Of a stretch of 64,000 nt of DNA, positions 48,201 through 55,263 are shown piece by piece. Both the position numbers and the translations under genes were made by a program. Within the stretch, counting starts at the first letter, position 1, and every line of letters begins with the position of its first letter. The notes beneath the pieces are model-generated. The model was not told the origin of the DNA. It saw nothing but the letters and a program-made list of their open reading frames with translations, and did not search any database. The DNA is from Giardia intestinalis (Eukaryota): the NCBI GenBank assembly GCA_000002435.2, contig CM018789.1, one strand, 5' to 3'.

Positions 48201-50069
48201 GCTCTGGGGGTTGCACGAGGCTGGGCCAGCAGGCGCGTCCGCACAGGTGTTCGCGTCCGCCCCGTTGCCGTACGGGCACTTATCGTAGCATCCGCCCATG
48301 TAGAGCCTCTGCGCGCCCGTGCAGGCCGTGCAGGTTCCTTCCTGGGCGTTCGCACCGGCCGTGCACAGGGGCGCGTCCCCCTTCGCCTTGCACTCTCCGT
48401 TCACCGGGACCTTGCCTCCCGTGCATTTGGAACAGAAGGTCTGGCCCTCAATCACCACGTTGCAGCTGTCAGGGGCGCAGCTTGTCGCGTCCGGGCTCTG
48501 GGGGTTGCACGAGGCTGGGCCAGCAGGCGCGTCCGCACAGGTGTTCGCGTCCGCCCCGTTGCCGTACGGGCACTTATCGTAGCATCCGCCCATGTAGAGC
48601 CTCTGCGCGCCCGTGCAGGCCGTGCAGGTTCCTTCCTGGGCGTTCGCACCGGCCGTGCACAGGGGCGCGTCCCCCTTCGCCTTGCACTCTCCGTTCACCG
48701 GGACCTTGCCTCCCGTGCATTTGGAACAGAAGGTCTGGCCCTCAATCACCACGTTGCAGCTGTCAGGGGCGCAGCTTGTCGCGTCCGGGCTCTGGGGGTT
48801 GCACGAGGCTGGGCCAGCAGGCGCGTCCGCACAGGTGTTCGCGTCCGCCCCGTTGCCGTACGGGCACTTATCGTAGCATCCGCCCATGTAGAGCCTCTGC
48901 GCGCCCGTGCAGGCCGTGCAGGTTCCTTCCTGGGCGTTCGCACCGGCCGTGCACAGGGGCGCGTCCCCCTTCGCCTTGCACTCTCCGTTCACCGGGACCT
49001 TGCCTCCCGTGCATTTGGAACAGAAGGTCTGGCCCTCAATCACCACGTTGCAGCTGTCAGGGGCGCAGCTTGTCGCGTCCGGGCTCTGGGGGTTGCACGA
49101 GGCTGGGCCAGCAGGCGCGTCCGCACAGGTGTTCGCGTCCGCCCCGTTGCCGTACGGGCACTTATCGTAGCATCCGCCCATGTAGAGCCTCTGCGCGCCC
49201 GTGCAGGCCGTGCAGGTTCCTTCCTGGGCGTTCGCACCGGCCGTGCACAGGGGCGCGTCCCCCTTCGCCTTGCACTCTCCGTTCACCGGGACCTTGCCTC
49301 CCGTGCATTTGGAACAGAAGGTCTGGCCCTCAATCACCACGTTGCAGCTGTCAGGGGCGCAGCTTGTCGCGTCCGGGCTCTGGGGGTTGCACGAGGCTGG
49401 GCCAGCAGGCGCGTCCGCACAGGTGTTCGCGTCCGCCCCGTTGCCGTACGGGCACTTATCGTAGCATCCGCCCATGTAGAGCCTCTGCGCGCCCGTGCAG
49501 GCCGTGCAGGTTCCTTCCTGGGCGTTCGCACCGGCCGTGCACAGGGGCGCGTCCCCCTTCGCCTTGCACTCTCCGTTCACCGGGACCTTGCCTCCCGTGC
49601 ATTTGGAACAGAAGGTCTGGCCCTCAATCACCACGTTGCAGCTGTCAGGGGCGCAGCTTGTCGCGTCCGGGCTCTGGGGGTTGCACGAGGCTGGGCCAGC
49701 AGGCGCGTCCGCACAGGTGTTCGCGTCCGCCCCGTTGCCGTACGGGCACTTATCGTAGCATCCGCCCATGTAGAGCCTCTGCGCGCCCGTGCAGGCCGTG
49801 CAGGTTCCTTCCTGGGCGTTCGCACCGGCCGTGCACAGGGGCGCGTCCCCCTTCGCCTTGCACTCTCCGTTCACCGGGACCTTGCCTCCCGTGCATTTGG
49901 AACAGAAGGTCTGGCCCTCAATCACCACGTTGCAGCTGTCAGGGGCGCAGCTTGTCGCGTCCGGGCTCTGGGGGTTGCACGAGGCTGGGCTTGCCTTTGC
50001 TCTACTTGCTGTTTGCGACGCCCAAGCTAATTGCAGGGCCAAGCTTACAAAGATGAGCTTATCGAACAT
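45204..50069 (-). CDS. Variant-specific surface protein (VSP) containing 13 tandem copies of a 98-aa (294-bp) Cys-rich repeat
   Basis: C-terminus ...GGLVGFLCWWFLCRGKA: TM helix plus the invariant VSP CRGKA tail. Signal peptide MFDKLIFVSLALQLAWA; first ATG at 50067-50069 (the track start at 50159 is TTG). CXXC (CSKC, CTAC) and GGCY motifs recur in every repeat. About 1621 aa. Confidence 0.9.
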   Translation of the reverse strand: MFDKLIFVSLALQLAWASQTASRAKASPASCNPQSPDATSCAPDSCNVVIEGQTFCSKCTGGKVPVNGECKAKGDAPLCTAGANAQEGTCTACTGAQRLYMGGCYDKCPYGNGADANTCADAPAGPASCNPQSPDATSCAPDSCNVVIEGQTFCSKCTGGKVPVNGECKAKGDAPLCTAGANAQEGTCTACTGAQRLYMGGCYDKCPYGNGADANTCADAPAGPASCNPQSPDATSCAPDSCNVVIEGQTFCSKCTGGKVPVNGECKAKGDAPLCTAGANAQEGTCTACTGAQRLYMGGCYDKCPYGNGADANTCADAPAGPASCNPQSPDATSCAPDSCNVVIEGQTFCSKCTGGKVPVNGECKAKGDAPLCTAGANAQEGTCTACTGAQRLYMGGCYDKCPYGNGADANTCADAPAGPASCNPQSPDATSCAPDSCNVVIEGQTFCSKCTGGKVPVNGECKAKGDAPLCTAGANAQEGTCTACTGAQRLYMGGCYDKCPYGNGADANTCADAPAGPASCNPQSPDATSCAPDSCNVVIEGQTFCSKCTGGKVPVNGECKAKGDAPLCTAGANAQEGTCTACTGAQRLYMGGCYDKCPYGNGADANTCADAPAGPASCNPQSPDATSCAPDSCNVVIEGQTFCSKCTGGKVPVNGECKAKGDAPLCTAGANAQEGTCTACTGAQRLYMGGCYDKCPYGNGADANTCADAPAGPASCNPQSPDATSCAPDSCNVVIEGQTFCSKCTGGKVPVNGECKAKGDAPLCTAGANAQEGTCTACTGAQRLYMGGCYDKCPYGNGADANTCADAPAGPASCNPQSPDATSCAPDSCNVVIEGQTFCSKCTGGKVPVNGECKAKGDAPLCTAGANAQEGTCTACTGAQRLYMGGCYDKCPYGNGADANTCADAPAGPASCNPQSPDATSCAPDSCNVVIEGQTFCSKCTGGKVPVNGECKAKGDAPLCTAGANAQEGTCTACTGAQRLYMGGCYDKCPYGNGADANTCADAPAGPASCNPQSPDATSCAPDSCNVVIEGQTFCSKCTGGKVPVNGECKAKGDAPLCTAGANAQEGTCTACTGAQRLYMGGCYDKCPYGNGADANTCADAPAGPASCNPQSPDATSCAPDSCNVVIEGQTFCSKCTGGKVPVNGECKAKGDAPLCTAGANAQEGTCTACTGAQRLYMGGCYDKCPYGNGADTNTCADAPAGPASCNPQSPDATSCAPDSCNVVIEGQTFCSKCTGGKVPVNGECKAKGDAPLCTAGANAQEGTCAACTGAQRLYMGGCYDKCPYGNGADANTCADAPAGCNTPNCKACDNPKTDNEVCTECNDGNYLTPTSQCVSDCTTLKGYYGDDSGKKTCKKCNDACAECKGADANQCTACPAGKMLQYTDENSPSSGTCVDGCKPQSGASGCEICGATIGGTKYCSKCSTSTEVPVNGVCKADNARAPVCSKKDNQGGCATCASGYFRQDNGCYKTDRQPGIQICTLASSAGKCETCANSLQPNDGACPSCHSTCKTCSAADSSDKCTSCAAGYYMVGSAAGPCTSCDSNSGSVKGVAGCLNCAPPSSSTGSVLCYLMNGDSAGGSTNKSGLSTGAIAGISVAVIVVVGGLVGFLCWWFLCRGKA
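46165..49990 (-). repeat. Tandem array: 13 x 294-bp units. The internal ~11 are identical to the base as far as I can see. The two edge units carry a few substitutions.
   Basis: Strictly periodic antisense mini-ORFs in the track at 46261, 46555, ..., 49789 (step 294). Identical sequence lines recur with period 294. The unit encodes ADAPAGPASCNPQSPDATSCAPDSCNVVIEGQTFCSKCTGGKVPVNGECKAKGDAPLCTAGANAQEGTCTACTGAQRLYMGGCYDKCPYGNGADANTC. Confidence 0.85.
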
Positions 50070-50333
50070 TGGGCCAAAGGTAGCCTGGTGGCGACACGGG
50101 GCTATGTAAGTAATAGCCGCGGACGCAATCGCCTGTCCATGCACCACATTAACGCACAACCCTCCTTTTCACATGTCCGACTTGGCGAAGGTACCAACCC
50201 AGGCCTTCCAGATTTGTGGTCTAACTTAACATAGGCGATATAGGTAGGGACGATCGTAAGTCGCCAAGAGAACAAATACCCTCAGTAAGCATTTACGTCG
50301 AGTATCATAAAACCCCGCCGCCCTCAACTCAGT

Positions 50334-51077
50334 CTACGAGTGCGAGGCAAAAGCGCCACCCTGGGAACCCTTCAAGCGATCGTAAAGCAGAATTGCCAGA
50401 AGCGACTTGCCATCTGTGAGCTTCTCCAGCGACCCGGCTAGCTTAGTAAGGCGAACGATGATGCGTTCGTGTGGTCCGACTCCGGTGAGTCTTCCCGCCA
50501 GATTCTCAAGGAAGTCTTTGGAAACCGACTTCTCCGTGTAGTATAGAGATAGAAGCTCGTCGCTGCCCCCCGGAGAAGTGTAGTATGAACCTAAGCTACA
50601 AAGGTCGGACCGCTTCAGTGAGATGCCGGTCTCCTCTGCCATCTCTTGGACAGCCACGCCGACCACATCTCCATTCTCATCGAGCATTCCCGCGGGGATC
50701 TCCAAGAATGACGCCTTTCCAACGGGAACCCGTGCCTGTTCGGTGAGGACAATGTACTTTTCTGCAGTTTTCTCGTCAATGAGCACAGGAAGGACGCCAA
50801 CAGACCCTCCCCGCATGAAAACGATCCCGGGCACCCGCTGGCCGTGAATCTTGGAGTACGCCTCCGCAGAAAACTTCAAAAAGCCAATCCTAGCTCCGAA
50901 GTAATCCACGCTCTGGACAGTCAAACCCCGGACATCAAGGTTTTCATCAATCTCTTCGCACCATTCGCGGAATGGCTTATACACCTTTAACATGGAAGAA
51001 AACATCACCGGTTCTACATCTGCCGGAAGCGTGACAGAGACATTTTTTCCTCGAATCACCACTGTAACCTCGCTCAT
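50334..51077 (-). CDS. Nudix hydrolase (ADP-sugar/UDP-sugar pyrophosphatase-like, NUDT14-like)
   Basis: Nudix box GMLDENGDVVGVAVQEMAEETGI fits Gx5Ex7REuxEExGu (here REV is replaced by QEM-AEE, with E residues conserved). ATG at 51075-51077. 247 aa. Confidence 0.75.
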   Translation of the reverse strand: MSEVTVVIRGKNVSVTLPADVEPVMFSSMLKVYKPFREWCEEIDENLDVRGLTVQSVDYFGARIGFLKFSAEAYSKIHGQRVPGIVFMRGGSVGVLPVLIDEKTAEKYIVLTEQARVPVGKASFLEIPAGMLDENGDVVGVAVQEMAEETGISLKRSDLCSLGSYYTSPGGSDELLSLYYTEKSVSKDFLENLAGRLTGVGPHERIIVRLTKLAGSLEKLTDGKSLLAILLYDRLKGSQGGAFASHS

Positions 51078-51181
51078 CTGATGCAGGATGGCCTACGAGT
51101 GCTCCCGTCTTGGCTTTGTCTTTTCCTTGCTAATAATTTAAATTCATATTTGTAAATTAAATGAAATAATTGCAGCACCTT

Positions 51182-51844
51182 ATGTTCAAGTCCATTTCTC
51201 TCGAGGACCTTCCGAGGCTTAACAGCCACCTTGAGACCCGTGCCTACATGGCGGGCTTTGTACCGTCTCTCAACGATCACATCATGTACACCCACGTGTG
51301 CAGCATGGATGTGGCGCCTGAGATGCACCACGTTCTTCGCTGGCTGTCCCACATGAAGTCTTTCAGCCAAGCTGAACGTGCTGCTCTCCCTGCCAAGGGG
51401 AAGATATGCGATTTCGCCCCGGCAGAGGAGAAGCCGGAGGCTAAGAAATCTTCCAACGCAGATCTCTTCGGAAGCGACAGCGAGTCAGACGACGAGGAGC
51501 TGAAGGCAGAGAAGGAGAAGCTGCAGGCCAGTCTTGAGAACAAGAAGAAGCCGAAGAACGCCAAGGCAGAGATGTCCATGGTTGTCCTCGAGATCAAGCC
51601 CAACGATGACGAGTCTGACATGGAGTACGTTCAGAAGAATCTGACTAAGATGGTGACCATGGACGGCCTCAACTGGGGGGAGTCTGAGTTTCAGCCTCTT
51701 TGCTACGGCCTCAAGGCCCTTGTCATCGCCTGCACGGTAGTCGATGACATCTGTTCTGTCGATGATCTCTGTGAGAAAGTGGTCGAAGTCTTTGAGGAGC
51801 AGGTGCAGAGCTGTGATGTCCGATCATTTAACAAGCTCGGGTAG
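51182..51844 (+). CDS. EF1B: Translation elongation factor 1-beta (EF-1B guanine-nucleotide exchange subunit)
   Basis: C-terminal GEF domain SMVVLEIKPNDDESDMEYVQKNLTKMVTMDGLNWGESEFQPLCYGLKALVIACTVVDDICSVDDLCEKVVEVFEEQVQSCDVRSFNKLG, compare human EEF1B2 SMVLLDVKPWDDETDM...[54 protein letters not shown]. Acidic, Ser-rich linker. The track start is TTG at 51170; first ATG at 51182. Confidence 0.85.
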   Translation: MFKSISLEDLPRLNSHLETRAYMAGFVPSLNDHIMYTHVCSMDVAPEMHHVLRWLSHMKSFSQAERAALPAKGKICDFAPAEEKPEAKKSSNADLFGSDSESDDEELKAEKEKLQASLENKKKPKNAKAEMSMVVLEIKPNDDESDMEYVQKNLTKMVTMDGLNWGESEFQPLCYGLKALVIACTVVDDICSVDDLCEKVVEVFEEQVQSCDVRSFNKLG

Positions 51845-53218
51845 TGAATTTTCACTTGACTGACTTTCTAGGCCACTGAGGCTGTCGGTGCCCCTGAAGC
51901 GGGCGCTAGGCGGCCTTAGCTCGTCGCACGTGTCTTCTAGTATCTTGACAGCAATATCCAATTCATGGAGCTTGATCTCTTGGTCAGACAAGCGATTTTT
52001 GATAGTGCCGTTTTCGCGAGCTAGCTCATTGATGCGTGTTTCAATCGGAATAATCTCACTAATTACACGCTTGATATCCATGCCTAACTGGCTTAGTTGC
52101 GTTCTAAGCTCCTTATTTTCAGCTCGCAATTCCTGACACAGCTCCACAAGTTGTAGTAGCTGCCCCGTCATACTATGGTGTCGTTCGGACAGTCTGTCTA
52201 TGCGTTTATACACTTCTGTGAGGTTGTTAGAGTTTGTCTCTGTGGTTCTTGTTTCAATTATGACATTATCTTGTTCGTCTTGATGCGACGCAGTGGATGA
52301 GATAGGTAAGGATGGACTTTCTGCTGTGTTGGTAGCACCTAGGCTAGAAGTAGATGAATGTGAAGAGGTGGATTGCTGGCACAAAAGAATGCTGCCTTCA
52401 AACTCTTTTAGAAGCTGAAGTAACTCGGCGGCAGTGCTACGGTCATCTTGATCTGAGATAAGGAGATGGGAGATAATGGCACGAATGTAATCATTTCTCA
52501 GCCTGGAGAATACTCGCTTCCAGTGCATTGCTGCATCTGTTTGTCTCCACTGCAGAGGCAAATTAGGACGCTCTCCGGTAGCAAGCTCGTAGAGAACTGC
52601 CCCAAGACTCCACATGTCTGCTTTGGTGTCATATTTCCTCTTCTGCCTGATCTCTGGTGCCGTATAAAACGGTGTACCAGCAGTTGTATTTGCATATTGA
52701 TTTCGTTCTAAAACCCGGCAAAGTCCAAAGTCTGCTAAAACATATGCTGTTCGATCCTTACTGACTAATATGTTTTCCGGTTTGATGTCTCTGTGAATGA
52801 TTGGCGGGAGTAATCGTCCATCACTATCACGCTTTGTCGGGCTGTGAAGGTAAGCCAATGCTTCAGAGAGCTGCTGCGCTATGTCAAGAATCTGAGTGTC
52901 GCTAAGGCACTTACCAGAAGATGTGTGAGAGGTTATAATGTCTCTGAGAGTTTCTGGATAGTAGGTCATACGGATGTAGAGGTAGCGCTCACCACGTACA
53001 ATCTGCTTATATTCGATTATATTTCTGTGCTTCATCTTTGGTAGAATGGAGATTTCGCTTTGAAGTATTGCCAGCACATCGTCAGTGAGCTTAACTAAGT
53101 CAATCACTTTTATCACGTCTTTGTTGTTGTTCTTTAACGAGTATACTGCCCCAAACGCTCCGTGGCCGATAAGTCTATGAAGATTGGCCCGCATTTTCGC
53201 ATCAACCTTCGTGGCCAT
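51824..53218 (-). CDS. Ser/Thr protein kinase, active, likely NEK family, with C-terminal coiled coil
   Basis: Gly loop IGHGAFGAVYS. VIKVIDL (beta3 Lys). IHRDIKPENILV. ADFGL. GTPFYTAPE. C-terminal heptad region (LSERHHSMTGQLLQLVELCQELRAENKELRTQLSQL). The 3' end overlaps the EF1B 3' end by 21 bp. Confidence 0.85.
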   Translation of the reverse strand: MATKVDAKMRANLHRLIGHGAFGAVYSLKNNNKDVIKVIDLVKLTDDVLAILQSEISILPKMKHRNIIEYKQIVRGERYLYIRMTYYPETLRDIITSHTSSGKCLSDTQILDIAQQLSEALAYLHSPTKRDSDGRLLPPIIHRDIKPENILVSKDRTAYVLADFGLCRVLERNQYANTTAGTPFYTAPEIRQKRKYDTKADMWSLGAVLYELATGERPNLPLQWRQTDAAMHWKRVFSRLRNDYIRAIISHLLISDQDDRSTAAELLQLLKEFEGSILLCQQSTSSHSSTSSLGATNTAESPSLPISSTASHQDEQDNVIIETRTTETNSNNLTEVYKRIDRLSERHHSMTGQLLQLVELCQELRAENKELRTQLSQLGMDIKRVISEIIPIETRINELARENGTIKNRLSDQEIKLHELDIAVKILEDTCDELRPPSARFRGTDSLSGLESQSSENSLPELVK

Positions 53219-53346
53219 CTCTCAGCTAGAGTAAATTTTATAGTCACGAACCTAGTCGCGAACATCATTTATCTACATGTCAAACGGTTTACTGTCGTTG
53301 TTTGTTGATCATGCAGACGTGTAGCTCGTAAAGTAAGAAAGCCCTA

Positions 53347-55116
53347 TTAATTTAAGAAGAATTCCATAATAGTGCAAGGGATTGGTACCTTGTAGGTGAG
53401 TAGAGTATTAGGATGAATGACTCCTATCCAACCTAGTGTATGGCCATCGACTACAATTGATGCCCGCCTCCCTGGAAGACAAGTTGGGTGGTCTTCTCCA
53501 ATTAGCTTAAAACTCTTCGCGAGCTTTCTCATGAGATGGTCGAGAAACCCGTGCACAAACTCAAATCCATCAGTAGTGCCCCCATAAATGCATGAGAACT
53601 TCTTCACGGCATGTACTCCAACGTCATCTCTAGCATCGGCATTAGGGACAAGAACCTCAGAGACCTCAAAAAGTCTAAGTGGCAAGCTGATATGTTGCTG
53701 AGCTGAGACAGCCCGCAAGAGGCCTGGAGCTAGGCAAGAACGCGTGTGACTAAACATGGCCGTCTTAGTATTCGATAATTCCACTGGAAGATCCCCGAAG
53801 ATAGAATCCTCTGCAGGACAAAGTGAGAATAGGACCAACTCGATATATCCACACGCAACAGCCTCAGATCTCACTATTTCGCCAAGTCGGAATTCTTGAA
53901 GGATAGACCCCTGCGTCATGGTATTGGGAAGCTTAGCATACTTTTCGGCAATGGCATTATATCCATAGGAGATACAAAAGTTTTCAACTAGGTCCGCTTC
54001 AGCAATAATGTCTTGACGGAAAAATGGAACGTGGCACCTCAATACAGTGTCTGCGAGGTCTGACTTTGCCTGCACCACCTCGGCTCGTATGGACATTCTT
54101 TTGAGGTAGGAACAGACCATGGAAATACTGAGGGTGTTCAGAGGTATACCCGATATCTCACTCAATTTAGCAAGCCTTAAGTCCAATTGGTAAGAAGAGA
54201 TGAGAGGATAGGTGACCTTTGCATGTGGCTTGTTGATGGGGAGCTGAGTGTGCTGGCTAGTAACACTATCATATACTATCGTCACTGTCTCTACCTGATT
54301 CTTCTTCCGTGTATGCATACGGATAGAATTAATAACGTTGTTTAAAGTAGCACAGGCCTTGTTAAGATCTGTTGCTGTGCACTCGATAAAAACGTTAGTT
54401 GTGCTCAAGGAGACCTTGGAATACTCGCTATTTATGATCGGAGGAAGAGACAAGACCTCTCCGCGACCATCTCGAATGACGGGCCACAGAGGCTCATTCT
54501 TGATGATGTGGAGGTACGATGATAGCTGACGGTCTCCTTCGAGAACTTTAAATAGTGACCTTCCATCCATTACTTCAGATTGAGATAGCGCCAGGAAAAC
54601 GATATCCTCAGGGGGCTGTGCAGAATACGTTATGGAGGATGTGTCAATCTTATCCAAATCGTGGGTGCCAATGGCCACAAGCGTACGCTTTCTGCAAAGG
54701 TTCTGATGCAACTTGTCTTGGTAGTCAATGAAGGAGTTAAAGCTTGTCTGAGTAAAGTTAACACCACGTACAATGGCCGAAACGATATATGGGCGTACTG
54801 GGCCCACTGCCTTACCGTCCACCCTGATTTGGACAGAGCTGTCTCTGGCATACAGTCCCAACGGTTCACCAAGGCCCAAGAACGGTTGCAGTGTAACGGC
54901 CATTCCTTCAACTGAGAGGATGTCCGGTCTATTTGCGGTCACATCCACTCTATAATGCTTCACTGGTCCTTGCTCCTCCAGAAATCGCTCTGACTGCATA
55001 ACGACCTCGTCTAGCTCCATGCCAAGGTCAGCAAATATGGCGTCAAATTCTTCATCGCTCCTTGTGATCCCAAGAAGACGCTCGAGCTCATGTTTGACAA
55101 TTGTGGCAGTAGGCAT
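53347..55116 (-). CDS. FARSB: Phenylalanyl-tRNA synthetase beta subunit (cytosolic/eukaryotic type)
   Basis: [39 protein letters not shown], compare human FARSB [67 protein letters not shown], compare [59 protein letters not shown], compare [31 protein letters not shown]. 589 aa. Confidence 0.9.
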   Translation of the reverse strand: [589 protein letters not shown]

Positions 55117-55263
55117 TTTTTGGCAAGACAGCGAATAAATGCCACATCGACTATTGAAACTCTTATTGCACTACATGTTCTTGCTTATAATGTCCCCAAA
55201 GCAACTGTCCGGCAGGCACCAAGTGTTCACAGAGACAACCTCAGTGAGATCAGAAAAGCTAAA

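Noticed and set aside
46068-50056. Very long + strand ORFs (1320 aa and 1210 aa) and 13+13 periodic 87-aa and 65-aa mini-ORFs antisense to the VSP
   Set aside because: They are all generated by the stop-poor, GC-rich 294-bp repeat (294 = 3 x 98), which keeps every frame open. Their composition is Arg/Ala/Pro/Gly-rich and unlike Giardia proteins. The sense strand encodes a textbook VSP with signal peptide, CXXC/GGCY motifs, TM and CRGKA.
45204-50159. The possibility that the 294-bp periodic array is a CRISPR array, or that the window is prokaryotic (the track uses bacterial-style alternative starts)
   Set aside because: The units are contiguous protein-coding repeats with no repeat/spacer alternation. 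Genes throughout are eukaryotic (EF-1beta, eIF3j, RPB6, XPF, ATAT1, SAS-6-like). Several track 'M' starts are really TTG or GTG (66, 1538, 27663, 29719, 34940, 50159, 51170, 58319, 61187, 63986) and were moved to the first ATG.
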